Source of the DNA: Basidioascus undulatus
Taxonomy: Eukaryota
Assembly: GCA_000826855.1 (NCBI GenBank)
Contig: JTLS01000008.1
Coordinates: 1-64,000 of the forward strand
DNA length: 64,000 nucleotides
Direction: 5' to 3'
The translations under genes and the position numbers were made by a program. Positions 13,017-26,580 of the stretch are shown piece after piece (positions within the stretch are counted from its first letter, which is position 1; every line of letters begins with the position of its first letter). The notes below the pieces were generated by a model that was not told the origin of the DNA, made no database searches, and saw only the letters and a list, made by a program, of their open reading frames with translations.

Positions 13017-15153
13017 CATGACCACACATTCCCAGGAAATACAAAAGCGGCTGCTCCCTGTAGGGCAACTTCCATCTTCTCGTGAATTCGCCTCCTCAAC
13101 TCCAAGTCGACCTATACCCCTTATCCCTCCATAACAGAGAATCACACAGGAACCATGCCTCAAGCACCTCCGAGGGCCTCCGACTCGGCGCATGCTGAAC
13201 TGGGCACCAACGCACCTCTCCCAGACCGGCCGCGCTTCCACTTCGCGACATGGCTACGCTTGTACGGACTGGCGGCCATGGGAGGTACGCTCATACCGAT
13301 AGGCTCAGGGTTATGAGATGACTCTAACCTTAGTCTATATTGTGACGGCAGCTATCGGCCTGGGGACGTTTGCTGCTCGAGTGACGACGCGGAACTGACT
13401 CTTTTGAACAGGTGTCTATGAGGCCGACCCAGCGCCCACTCGATCCTTCCTCGTCTTCAACACGGACGGCATCATTGCATACCCACAGGTGTGGTTTCCC
13501 GTCCCATAGTGTCCAAGATGCATGCTCAATATTGCCCAAGACAGTTCGCCTACGCGCTCCGTCACAGTGAGCACTCTTAAAGCTAACTTCAGGCTTCCGG
13601 AACCTGGCTGACCCGCTCGACGTCTACAGACATCATACCCGTTTGTGAGCTGCCTTTGATGAATAAGTACATAATCGACTCCCTGACCCTTTCACCTGCA
13701 GACGCCGCTGCTTTGATTGGTAGAAAATTTCTCTGATGCGCTTGCGACAACGGGACTGACGATGTGCCGCTTCAGCATTCTTCGTTTCCCTTGTGAGTGA
13801 GGTGGTGGTTCCATGATTCCGAAGCGGCTGACAAAAGAAGAGACGAAATGGCAGTGTCTTCTTTGTGCTTTTCCAGATCCGGCACAGGAACTTCGAGGAT
13901 CTGTCGGGCGCGACGTTCGGCGTCTTGTACTCGCTCGTCACAGCCGCTGTTTTCCGGGTCTTCATCAAGTGGCTGATAGGTGGCTTGCGCCGTGGGTATC
14001 TTCTCAAGGACTTATTAACATCGTACACGCTTACACTTTGTAGGGTTCAGCTCACTTCCTCGATGTCTGCAAGCCGGACGTTTCGAGTGCCGCTTTCACC
14101 GGCAGTGGCTTCCGGCAGATCATGTAGGACCTTCCGTTTCTCCAGCTATCAAGCGTCCCACTCACAACTTGTGCACCCAGGTACAATTGCAACATCTGTA
14201 CAGGCGACCAGAACCACATCAACGATTCTTTTGAGTCCATGCCCTCGGGTCACAGCACCGCTGCGTGGGCGGTAAGCTTTGGGCTTTTTATGGTTATTGG
14301 TGCCCCAGTAATTGACTGACGCTACACCTAACAGGGTCTTCTGTCTCTGGCACTCTTCTTCAGCGCGCAGCTGAAAGTCATGAATGATACTCCCGTTGCC
14401 TACTGGAAAATTGTCCTTTTCTTCGCTCCTCTTCTCGGGAGGTGCCAAGCACAGACGTGTCAGAAACTGGCCCGACGAGGACCTACAGGTGCGTTCTTGA
14501 TCTCGGGGTCGCTAACGATAGACGAGTACCACCGTTGGTGGGGTTCCCGATACTTACCGGCTTGCGCAGTGCTGACTACTGCCTAAACAGGTATGATGTC
14601 CTGGTGGGGGGCGTTATCGGATCGTGTTGCGCGTAAGCACCTGGCCGTCAGTTTGTTGGCGAAAAACTGAGGATTTCGTGTTGGACGTGAATAGCCTCCT
14701 CGCCTTTCGCATGACATACGCATCGGTGTGGGACTTCAAGTTCAATCATGTGAGGAGCCTCCCATTCTCGCTCTCTCGTGCCTGTTGCTGATTCAAATGC
14801 ACGTGCAGATCCTACTCCCTTGCACCGAGAGCCTCTTCTACAGGCGGCAGCGGTCTCTCAATACGGGCAAGAGTTCGGCGGATGTCGGGGCGCCAACAGG
14901 AGGACTAGGCATCCCTTCTCGCTTTAATTATGCCCTTGGCGAGCCAGCATACGTTGGGTCTGGGCGGCCATTTACGAGGGAAGGCGGGTGGGGTGGGCCA
15001 GGTGCCTCCGAACGGTGCACCGTTCGATGCGCAGAGGGTTGGGCGCTGAAGAGCGATCGTTTCTTGTGCGAAGTGATGCTTGGACTCTTAGACACGAAAT
15101 TCTTGCATCAATGCCCCAGTTCTTCTATGCTCCGATTATTTGAGTACATGTGA
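13017..15153 (+). pseudogene. PAP2-family lipid phosphate phosphatase (DPP1-like), probably inactivated
   Basis: Motifs KWLIGGLRPHFLDVCKP, SMPSGHS and SLTIDEYHRWYDV. Intron 13364-13411 starts GGACGT rather than GTACGT and contains an in-frame TGA. Start position is uncertain. Confidence 0.75.
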
Positions 15154-15868
15154 TGTAGTCAAATTTGAAGCTTGGGAAGAGAGTGTAACAAGAACAAGCA
15201 TTGCTTGAACCGTCCTTGCCGCAAAAAGTACCCCAGGGCAGACTGGTACTTACCTTTGAGAGATATAGTGAGCCGCCGTTCAAATACTGCTCAGTTCGCC
15301 TATAATTCATGAGAAAGACCCCAACACTGTCAATGACCGAGGATCTGCAAGAAGTCTACTGGCGAGCATCGTGAGCAGTGGATTCCCGGCTGTGCGCTGC
15401 CAGCCTCAATCCTGCGTTATGCAACTGCGTTCAAGCATCGATTCTGCGCTTCCCTTGAATCTGGTGTTCATACTCCCAGAGATTTCCTCAGACCTTCCTT
15501 GATCGGGAAGTCGAGAACGATTGGCGTAGCCGGTGCACGCTGCCTCTTCCCCATGCAAAGAGCTCAACGCATGCCAGCAGTGTGGAGCTATCCAAGTGTC
15601 TGCACGCACACAATCCCAGCTCTCATAAAGACAATACTAATATAGAAGAAGTGTCTGTGCAGTGATCTGTAGACCTCGTACAAGTCCGAATGCCTAATGA
15701 CATCTCCAATCTCATCCTTGTACGACTATTTCTCCGAGGACGGGATCTTGACCACCCCTCGTCATTCTGCGGAGCCTCCTGGCGTACCCCACCCCATGCA
15801 TCCCGGCAAGCGTCACCAGCGCGTATACAGCCGCCCCTGCGAGTGCAGCCACCCCGAGCGCCCAGGAT

Positions 15869-17839
15869 TCACGCCGGGCTGTGAAGTTGTGCACAATTAA
15901 TGCGCACGTGTCGGAGATCGAGAGCTCCGCTAACCGGTTCGGGGCCTTGTGAGTCCAGGAAAATGCCAAGCTGCCTCAGGAGCGCCCCGATGTCGAGGCC
16001 GAGGAAGCGGTCGGAGAGGTCTGCAGAGGCGAGGAAGAACGTGATGTCGGAGAGGCTGAGCTGCTGTAAGATGGTCGTAACTTCCGGGGGGTTGAGCTGC
16101 TGCATGATGGACGTGACATCGGATCCCAGAAGAGGGAGTGCCGATCGTGCTGCCGAAATGTTGAGGCCGAGAAGAGGAGTCGCGTAGGGGTCCTCCTCGG
16201 TCACAGCTGTGTAGTTGCGAGGGACACATCTGACGAAATTTTGTCAAAGGTTAGGGTTTGAACAGCACGGTAAAGCAATGGAGTGGAGTGGTGGCGGACA
16301 TTCACCGCCGGTGGGACCGATGTGGGGGGCGCAACGGACCTCCAGGCGCCTGCGAAACAAGGGAGTCGATGAGCAAGTATTTGAACACCGTAACCATCCT
16401 CAACGAATTCGAATTCGGCTGTATACTTGAAATTGCAGCATGCATTTGTGCATATATCGACAAGAAACTGTGTCTGGAAGATAGAAAGGCGCAGTACATC
16501 AATGGGACCGGGGCAGGTAGGAGCGGAGACATAGAGAGACAGTCAAGGGAACTCACCTTCCCCGAGTTGGAACGGTTACCGGAAGCCCCACATTCCGTCA
16601 AGAATGAGTAGCAATCCTCCTAGTTCTCGTACTGCCCGTCCATGCTCAGTTCACAGCGACTGATCTGAGCCAATTCCCTCGTGGCAAGACCGTTCATGCA
16701 CTGCGCGGACACGCTCGGCCGAATGCGCACAAAGAATTGCCTGGGCCTCAGCCGAGGGATAGTCATAGTCTGGGACGGTTAGGCTGCTGTTGCTGTCCAG
16801 GCGGGGCTGGAGGGGGAGTCCGGTTTCGTTCGCGAAGACCGGCAGAAGCTGCCCGATAGCGATCGGCAAGACTTGGGAGGAGCGGCGTAAAGTGGCGCTG
16901 TATATGAATTCTAGGTAATGCATCTTTGAAGAGGACAAAGTGGGTACGATAACGCACTCATACTGGCAGAAAGGTCAGCAACAGCAAATGGGCAGCGCAG
17001 CCAGCTCACCTCGCTGACCTGACCATTCTCAACGATGAGGAGAACAGCGTCGATAGCGGTCGGAAGGACGAGGCCGACGGTAGTAACGTTGAACTGAGTG
17101 ACGAACGTGACAAAAACGAAGGTCTTTGGCTGCCAGGGAAGAAGCGGGCGATGTGGCCAGATAACACTGCATAACAAGCCCCTAACTGTGTATGTGGGAT
17201 ATGGATAATGTTCTTACATGACAAGGTTCGTAATTTTGGATGCCACCGGCGAGGGAAACCAAGTGGATTCCGTCCGAGAGTCGTTGAGCGCCCCGACGAA
17301 CAGACCTGTGCGGGTTCATTGAAAGCTCAGGACGACGCTCTTAGGAAACCGATGTTCTCCAAAGCAAAGCTCACCGAATATGTACTGTACAGATTTTTGC
17401 GCAGCAGCGGTTGGGTATGGAACATCAACACAACGAGGCTCTCGCAACAATGCATGGCTCACACTGCTGTATCTAATTCACGGCCTTCAAAGGTAGTGTT
17501 GATATCGACACGTCTGACAATGTCCTAGGAGAAAATTATAGCCTTAATGCTGTTTGCCTGAGCAACGTTGTTCCCCTCAAGAAGGCTGGAAACGGTGCCG
17601 TGAACTACATAAATCATCTGCTCCAACGACGCTGTTTGTGAAAGAGCCAGGCTGATGGATCTGATGCTTACCTTTATCCCAGGGTAGCAGCCGCAGCGGG
17701 AGACCGGAAAGAGCGCCAGTCCGGTAGGAGCACCCGAAGAAGGATTTCTAAGGCAGCTATGTCTAACTGCTGAGAACGGAACATAGGAGGCGCACGAAGC
17801 GCAAATAAGGTAAAACAGCGTTGCAGTTCGCATCGACAT
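15869..17839 (-). pseudogene. Degenerate secreted lipase B (CALB)-like alpha/beta hydrolase
   Basis: Signal-like MRTATLFYLICASCAS. Collinear resemblance to CALB: IYVVHGT (ILLVPGT), RFFPGS (TFFPS), FIYSAT (NLYSAT), AQAILC (AQAVC), DPYATP (MPYARP). Frames are broken and the catalytic Ser/Asp cannot be identified. Confidence 0.4.
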
Positions 17840-18318
17840 CCTGAGAAGGGGATGAACGGCAGATGAATGAGAATGGTCAAAAAGGAAGTAGATGCTCCTT
17901 CCGCATTGAGGTGTTGCTCTTTCTGGAGTCAAGTTAGATACATACAGATACCGCCCCGGGATGCTGTGGCCGTTGCTGGCTGGCTGCGGTCATTCACGGT
18001 ACTAGAGGAAAGTCCCACGGCCACTGCATTGATTAAGAGAAGCAACCTATAATTGAAATCTGGGCGTTGCGTGGAGAGCGTCGATGCCTGACCACTGTCT
18101 CCGAGACAGCAGTGGGCATGCACCATGCGTCGCCCAATTTCGATCATCCTGTGCCTCTTTCCCGTCGTGCATCTTGCATTTCAAATGCAGATGTCAGACC
18201 TTCTTTCCGAAATGCAAAAGGTATGAATGCGCGAGCGAGGAAGCGTGCAAGTAACGAATCGCGAGTACGAAGAGCTAAGAAGTACAAAATCAAGCAGCGA
18301 CACAGAAAGAGAAGCACC

Positions 18319-21300
18319 TCAGGGAACGTCGACATTAGGAGCACTGCTCAAAGCATCTCCACTCGCCTCGCGAGCCGCCCTATCCCTCGTCTCAATCGCC
18401 AACCGCTCCTGCACGCTCGTGATATCCTCATCCTCCTCGTCCTCGTTCGCGCCATTCAGCACATCAAACACCTCCTGCTCATCGGCACTGCTGGTGGAGG
18501 GTCCTCGACGCTTGAACCAGCGGAGCGGAACCGCACGCCTTCCGAGCGTCCGGGGTGACCTCGGCGGTTCGCGCTCGGCCTTCTTGCCATTCAGCAATCG
18601 GGACGAGAAGCCGGAGAAGGTGTTGCGGTGGTGGCGCTGCGCCGTGGGGGGTACGGGCGTGTCAGACCAGTCCGGCGAGGTATGACCCTCGTCGTCGCTC
18701 GACGTGTCGTCCGAGTCGACGACACTCGTGTGACCGCTACCGCTGCCGCCATTTGCGCCGTCGCCGAGCATGAGTGAGGACAGCCTGTCGCGCGGGCCGC
18801 CGGCGCGCTTGCGGAGAGTGCCCTGCGCCGTGCCGCTGTGATTGCTTCGCGCGAAGGCCGCTTCGGCGTCGGAGCTGACGGGCATGGCGGCAGCGCTGCC
18901 AGCGGGCACGGAGGCGTCCAGGCTAGGCGTTGAGACCGGCGTACGGCGGCTGACGTCGCGGACGGCTTGGCGACTGCACATTCGATTTAGTCATGAGCTT
19001 CTGTGGGCAGACGAATCGTAATCGATGCGAACCCACCCTGCGAGGATCTCCCTTTCAATCTTCATGCGATTCTCGACCAGATGCAGTCGGGGCCAGGCTG
19101 CAAGCTGGCCGACGTGCATCATGCGGTCGAGCTCGACAGGATCGGGGTCCGACTAAGTGCTCGCGCCATGTCAGGTCAGCGCTTTGCGCCTAGCACAAGG
19201 ATACGCCCAGCACAAGAATAACGCACCAAAATCCGGATCCAGTCCCAGAACCGAGTTTTCGGCCAAATGGTAATGCTGCCATCGAACTGGTCAAGACCTC
19301 GCTCGTCAGTCCCGTTGTCCTTCGGTGCATATACGCAAGGACTTGCTCACCTTTTGCAGGAAGACCGAAGAGAAGTCCGTCGCCAGAATCTGAGGCATGA
19401 GCTCGAGATCGCGGATGACCTGTAATCCCACTAGGTTAGGTTTGCACAGCAACGATGATTTGTAGCGATCATAACCAACCTTGAGGTTCTTGTTGAGCTC
19501 GAGTTTGAGGTATTGCTCGGCGGCCTGGACATGCGAGTCAGTAAACCTCAAGGCAGCATTGAAAAGCCGTAGCGAAGCGTACTCACCGCCAGCAAGAACC
19601 CGCCGCGCCAGCCCTTTCCCCGTCGATGTGCAACAGGTTTTCCCGCCGAGCCTGCACAGAGCATTCCTTCATCAGCCTTTTTGTCGACGATCGCACAGCT
19701 ATGACGTACCTCTGGGTGCGAAAAAGAACAGGTGCACGTGCGGGTTGACCTGGGAGACGATGGCGTGATTGACGTTGAAGACTGTTCAGAAGCAGCAAGA
19801 GGTAGTTGTCAGCGCAAGCGAAACCAAAGTCGTGAGACTGTGTGGGGCGTACGGAGGTTCAGGGACTGCAAGGGAATGTCGACGCGGATGCTGCCGTCCT
19901 TGAAGCGCGACCCCATCGAGAATGGCGAGATGGTGCCGTCACGGTGCTTGCGCATCAGCACAACGGGAGATAGAATCTGCGTCGGGAAGATGAATATGAG
20001 CAGCGCGATCTCAAAAGTATGAATCGAGCCGAGTCCCTTACCCCAGGTACAGCTGCGGAGCTGCAGATGAACGTATCGTATCAGTTATGTGCTTGGCGCG
20101 CCAGCAACCAGTGCTACTCACGCAATGATAGCGGACCAGATGATGCAGTCGGGAGCAGTCAGGTAATTGAGAACCTTCGTGGGCCTGCAGAGCGGGTCAG
20201 CTGCATTTTGACTGACGCGAGAAGCTGCCAACGCACGAATGCCGGTCCGAGGGTGTAACGGAAATGTTGAGGGCTCTTCCCGTGCGCTCGTACGCCTCGC
20301 GGAATGTGAGCGACCTGTTCGGGATGGATCTCAGTATCACATTTCAGCGGATCGGTATCAGGGTCCATTAACTTACCCATAAGTGAAGAAAGTAGCCTGA
20401 AATGTACGAGTCAGCGACTGTTTCTTCCGACTTCACAGCAAAGCTCACCTTCCGCGCCCAGTCGACCGTGTCGAACCTGGCTCCCATCTTCCACCATCTC
20501 CGGATCCAGACAGACACGGGTTCCTCGCAGGCCGTGATCCTGTTAGCCAGCTCGGGGCTTTTCAAATTCTCGGCGGATCAGTTATAGGCTTCCCCTGCAC
20601 GCAAGCTCTTAATGAAACCTACCGAAGCAGCTGCCGGAGCTCAGCGTCGGTTCGAGTGCAGCACAGTGCCGCAACGAGCCCGCCGGCAGACGTGCCCGTG
20701 ATGACGCGCGGCAGGAGGTCGGCGTCGAGGAACGCGCGAAGTACGCCGAAGTGATAGCTGCCAGGTTAATCATAAGTCAGACCGCGATATTCGTCCGAGG
20801 GAAGAGAGCCTCGTACTATCCGAATGAACCTCCGCCCGAGAGGCAGAGCGCCGAGCCGCCGAAGTTCTTGTTCGCGCCCTGAGTGGGAGGAAATAGGTGA
20901 GTATGGCAGATGAGAAGACGGTCAAAAGCTGGCTTGCCTTGAACAACGCCTTCTTCTCGTCTAGGGATAGGGCGGGCGACTGCCGGATGTACGCGAGCGA
21001 GTCCCGGACTTCGTTCACGTAGTCCTCGACGAGGTACTGAAGTAGTTAAGCAATGGCTTGGATCAGCATTTCGGGTTGTCTGGGACAAAAGAACGGCTGA
21101 GGCAAACCTTGGTGCCGTAGAAGGTCTGCAAGGCGCGAGATCGCAAATCAGCGCTCGTTCGGCGCATGACTGAACAGGAGGAAGACGAGGCCAGACAACG
21201 CACCTCGCTGTAAAGCCGCGGAGACTCCGTGCCTGCGAAGTTGTTCTTCAGGCAAACCTCCAAGACGCCGACCAAGCCCTGAGCGTCCCCGTCCTCGCGA

Positions 21301-22194
21301 AGCTCTCTCAAGCTCTTAAGAACCTGGACCTCTCCCCAAGCGTCAGTCACCCCTCCCGCCGTCTTTAAACCCATGCACGACTTCACACTCACCTTCCGCA
21401 CCAACAGCACATCATAGTAACCGCCCTCTCCGTCCTCTTTCTTCCACCCCTCCAGCCCCATGAACTCGTCCATCTTGAGCGCGGCCTCCTTCCACTCCTC
21501 ATACGACCGCGCCTGGCGCAGCTTCTTGCGCAGCTCGCCCTTCCGCCCCCGATCTGACCCTTCCTCGCACGTTAGTATGTAAGTTTCAGCTCCGAGTAGA
21601 GGCGGCACAAAGGATTCGCACATGCAAGAAGCCATTCCCATGCGTTTACGATCTGCCGGACGAGGACGTAGAGGAAGAACTCGGTGGAAATGGTGAAGAA
21701 GAGGACGAGGAGGAGGGGCCATCGTGCTGTGATATTACCCGCACAAACGTGTCAGACCCTGCTACCCACACCAGACAGACGTAGCCAGAGAAGAGCGTAA
21801 GCCGTCCACGCACCTAGCTCGTAGCCCCAACCCACACCACTGCCCTTGGGCTTCTTTCTTCTCCTGCGCACCAACCAAATTGAGCATCCAAACACATCGA
21901 ATTCCTATTCCACCAAGTGCGCTGCACTCACTTCTTGATCTTCTGATGGACTGGCGCGAAGTCGCTCATCGCGGAGATGCGAGCGTCTTCGTCGCCGCTC
22001 GGATCATGGCTGAGGGCGTTTGCGAACGCGGCAACATGCCTGTGCCCCAGAATATAGATGAACCGGGCTGTAAATTATGGATATAGGAAGATGGGAAGTC
22101 CGTACTCTTCGTTTACAAAGTCCTCGTCAAAGATGGGCGGCAGTGGCTCCTTGAAGCGCACGTGCGGGCTGCCCAACGGGGAGAGTAGCGGCAT
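18319..22194 (-). CDS. Patatin-like phospholipase / triacylglycerol lipase (TGL3/4/5 family)
   Basis: LRQARSYEEWKEAALKMD, RLYSETFYGTK, FGGSALCLSGGGSFG, RVITGTSAGG (GxSxG nucleophile), FKDGSIRVDIP. Confidence 0.9.
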
Positions 22195-22699
22195 CGCGTC
22201 CGCAGGTCGTGAGTATCGTAGGAGGGAACCTGTGAGTCTCCGAATATGTTTTATGGGTATTCCGTGTGGATTTGCAGGCGTGAAATGCTTGTGGCGTGTG
22301 GTGAGGAGCAATTGAGAAGGCAAGGTGCTGCACCAGGCGGCGTGAACCCTTGCTCGAGGGTGCGTGAGAGCGATGACGTACGAGACTTGGAGGGCAAAAG
22401 CCTTTCATGTGCTTTCAGTTGCAGTTTCAAGCCTTCCAAGCCTTTCGAAACGCAGAATAACCACAGGGCCAGTCAGTCATATGTTCTCTATAGGAACCCG
22501 CATGCAAGGGTAGAACGATGTGTGTCCCTGTTCTCGAACGCAACCAGGGGTGCACGCGTGGACTCTCACAAAGTCGGCTGCTTGCAGGTCGAGCTCGTCT
22601 GCTCACATGGCGAGGTTGGGTTGCTGGGCCGCAGGTAAATGTACCAGTAGTTTCGGTACCGATATTCGAGAGTGGTCAAACAGGTGGAGATTGCACCCT

Positions 22700-23650
22700 G
22701 TATCGAGGCCGTTGACCCTGTGCAGGCGCATGGCGCTGAGGCTGCACGCTCCATGCGTGGCCAATCGGGCCAGTGGTCTCGGGTACTTGTATCTAATGGT
22801 AAAGTGTTGGGCTTCATTTCTGCTGCGCATGCATTTCTTCCGATGCAGTATTGGGACTGTTGATCATCGCAGCGTGAATCACGTCGCAGTGCGCGTTGTT
22901 CCCGGAACAACGAACCTGTATCCCTCTCAAGTGTAAATTCGTACCATTTATTTTCGGCCTCTGTACGGTAAGGGTTTATGAGGTTAGCGCGGAAGCACTT
23001 CTTTCGACGAGTAAGTCAACACCTCATCGTAAACGACCTGCTCTTGCTTGCACTTTGGATATTTTGATCCGCTTGACCTGCGAAGCTTCGACAGCCCCCA
23101 ATGCTGCGTGTTCTCTCAGTCATCCACCATACAAATCAATGTGCTCGAACCAACTCCTGCTTTCAGCGATTGCGGTCTGCCAGTGTTGGCAGCGCAGACC
23201 ATGTGCGTGAGCGTTTGATCCCGTCCCATCCTCCTCCCCACTCGAACCCCTGTCCGTGCATCGCTACAACGCTTCGGCGAACTCTTATGCGAGGACTTGT
23301 TGAGCCTGAGTTTATTATAGTATCTTTCAAGTTCGTATACTGTTCGCTGCTCTCTATGGTGTCAAGCATGAACGCGAGTATGGCGGGCCAGCTCTACCTC
23401 TGCCACCGTCAGCGAGTCATCAAGCCCGCACCGCCCTGGACCAAGGGTCAAAGTGCGTCAGCCCACCTGGCCTGATCTTATAACATTATATTTAGGCGAT
23501 TGCCTCGAAAGCCACAGTCGCTGATTCTCCGGGCACAGTTGTCGCGATGGCGGTAGTCCTCGCCCCAGCCTCTCTCGTGGCCCTGTTATTCGCACTCTTC
23601 TTTCTAGCCGTGTTTTGTGCTTCCGTCCTCCAGACATGTGGGTTGATTGA
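22700..23650 (+). pseudogene. Unknown membrane-protein family, copy E
   Basis: RFGELLCEDLLS...GQLYLCHRQRVIKPAPPWTK, then a TM exon VVAMAVVLAPASLVALLFALFFLAV. Closest to the copy at 41290-42500. Boundaries are approximate. Confidence 0.5.
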
Positions 23651-23899
23651 CTTTCAGAGCACGGAATCACCCGAGAGAAAGTAGGCCAAAGTCGCCGGGA
23701 GCAGCAGAAGGACACCAGCCAATACTTAGGTGCGGAGCAGGACGCTGCATACATTAGGGGCACAAGACAATGAATGAGGAGGAGGCGTCGTACATACCAC
23801 ACTGGGAAAGAAATCTTCAAAAGGATGTTCGTTTCCAAGGATGGCGTGCAGCATACTGGGGAGCTGTCCGCCAGCGACCCTGTGCAATCGAGGCTCGCG

Positions 23900-24790
23900 C
23901 TCGTAACCTCAAACTAAGAAGACTTTTAATAACGACAGAACAGTCCACACTCTCTTCTCAAAACGGAATTCGGGGATCTGCATTGAAGATTAAGCAAGAA
24001 TTTGCCATTTGACCGACATTTGAATCCGCTGGTCTTCGTCAGAGTGTCTTCGTCGTCTCCAGAGAGCAGCCTGCGGCGCTCTGTCATCCGCGTTTTCCAC
24101 CCTTACCCGACATGCGTTCAGACAACACCAGAGTGTTATATGTGGGCTTTATCGTGGCATTTCTCGCATCGCCAGCCGCGTGCGTGTATCTTGTGTCCCA
24201 CACTGAACATATCGTCGCATGAACAGCTTGAGCATGACCAGCGCGGGGACCGAGGACGTATTCGGAGGACTGCAATGCAATGACCTGTTGAGTGCACTTT
24301 CTTTGATTTTAACGAGGTCTGACAAGCAGTCCCCGGTCTGCTAACGCTGGCGGCACTGCACGGCGTGGCCGTGACCTCTTGCGTGAGCGTGATCTCCTTG
24401 CAGGTCTGGCCGGGGTAATATGCTTAACAACCTCTACCTGTGCCGGCAACGAATCGAGCGTGTGACCAATGACCCTGATACACCTTTGGGTAGCACTTTC
24501 CTTGTTCCTTCGCCCTGCACGACCCGTGCAAAGTACTGACCCTCGGATCGGAGAACAGTCGTCATTGTCCTCGTCACCACCATCCCAGTTACCGCTCCAG
24601 CCTGGGGAATTCTCCTCTGGCTGCTGTACGATTTCTTTTGGAAAGGTGGCAAGGGTGTAGGGGCCCTACTGCGAAGCAGGTCTGAGCTGCCGGAGACGGG
24701 ACCCGCCGCTCTGGAGGCGGCCACCAAGACGCCCATAGGAGCAGTAGGAGTACCTGGAGCTCGAGCATAACAAAGGTGTCTATCACTACC
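23900..24790 (+). pseudogene. Unknown membrane-protein family, copy A
   Basis: PFDRHLNPLVFV, FGGLQCNDLLS, NNLYLCRQRIERV, TM TVVIVLVTTIPVTAPAWGILLWLL. Contains stops and frameshifts. Confidence 0.5.
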
Positions 24791-25304
24791 GATCTTTCCG
24801 GTCATCCTAAAATTTGGGCGTGCAGCGGGGAAGTAATGGAGACCAATCTGTACATACATGGACTTCACCGTTCTTGGTATTTCAAGTGCTGGGCATCTGA
24901 GTGCAGCATCAAGACCAAGACCGTTGTTGCAAAAGTGTAGGTTAGGATGGGGTGCAAATTTACCTTGCATGCTTCTCAAAAGCGACCGTTGCTGACTCTG
25001 CAGGCACCGTTGAAGCGATGGGGATCCTTGGCCCAGGCACTCTGTGGGCTGTTGAGCTTACCACTTCAGCGCACCATGGCATCCCGTGGGGTCTTCAGCC
25101 ACTTTCTATTATGGTGGGTTGATTAGGGGACATCCCTAGACAAACGATGCCAGAGAAGTCGTCGAGGTGACAGAGGGGTGTCAGCCAAACCGTAGGCGCG
25201 GAGAAGGGCGTTGCATTATTCATCGGGGGTCGAAACAGGAGAAACCATTGTACTGTCCGGAGAGATCGTCTATTCCAAGGATAGTCCAGAAACGCATGCG
25301 CAGT

Positions 25305-26580
25305 CTAAGTTACAACAGGCCCCAATGTAACGAACGACACCGGCACCTGACGCCTCTCTGCATTGTAGTATCCCCCAGCGAAGTTTTCTGCGAACCACAC
25401 AGGGGCGGTAAGGCTCAGCCAGGCCAAGACCCAGCAGTACCCCATCCAGGTAGGTCTGCTGCGAATGTCGAGGCGGCGCTCGATCCAAACTCCGAGCGGC
25501 TGAAGAAGAAAGAAAGCGAAAGTCCCGAGCCAAAGCTTGCCGCCACTCAGCGCAAAGGTGTTCCAGGCGTGCAGCTGGAACAAAGAATAGGAAGGGTGAG
25601 CTGATGTAGCTGAAAAGGTGTGGAGGAAGACTATGGTGTTGAATAACAAACTCACGATCCCCGAGAAAATGAAGGCGCCTATCCGAAGGACATCCGCCGA
25701 GGGCGTTAGGCCTACGAGGGCAGCGCAAGAAGTGGAAAAGACCGTGAATGCCTGAACAATCAATGGCAAGTGTCAGACGGATGATCGTGAGCTGCGGGGC
25801 AATACCACTCACCCGCTTGAACCATCCATGCCATGTCTTGCTCCAAAACCCTGAGATAGAGGTCGAGTTCACGCGAATGTCCCCGTAAAGAGGCGGGCAG
25901 TCACTCGGCTGCCACAACCCGGTCGCGACACCGAACATGCAGATCTGGAAGTACGTCATTTCCGAGACGGCGCCGGTAAGGATGCCGTGCAAAAGGACGA
26001 TGGGCGGATAGAGGGAGAGATGGGGGGAAAGTCGAAGGAAGAAGGCGTCCAGTACGTCCGCGACCTGGTATGCCGCTACGAAGCGCAGGGCAGTGCGGGC
26101 GAGAAAGGCGATACGAGACTGAACGGCGACGGGCGGGATGGTTCGAACGCAATGACTCCAGCCCATACCGCGAAAGCTGACCCACAGCCAGGACGACCCT
26201 CGAAGCCTTCCCAACCAGGACTTTGGGACGCTGGAGTCGTCGGCGCGGCGGAAGGTTACGTGCGGGATACCCGAGCAGAGAAGCAGCTCGAGTCCACGGA
26301 GAGCGACGAGCATTGAGTAGTAGCCGTATGCTAGGCGATAGATCGGCTGAAACGGCCTCAATGTTGTCAGCAACAGGACAACGGTTGGACGTGTTTGACT
26401 CACGAGAGGCTCTTGAAAGATAGCGACGATGTACACGAAGGCGGTGATGGCGAGCGATACGGGAAGAGCGAGCGAAAGCTGAAACGAGCGAAACGGGCTG
26501 GCCAGGCCGACAATCTGGACAGCGACGGCGAGGAGCAGAAGCGAGATCGTGGATGGTGGGGTGTGGGTGTAATTCAACAT
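25305..26580 (-). CDS. Membrane-bound O-acyltransferase (MBOAT_2, wax synthase-like)
   Basis: WLWVSFRGMGW, DCPPLYG...STSISGFWSKTWHGWF, AFIFSGI|xHAW (catalytic His), FFLLQPLGVWIE. Two introns. Confidence 0.85.
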
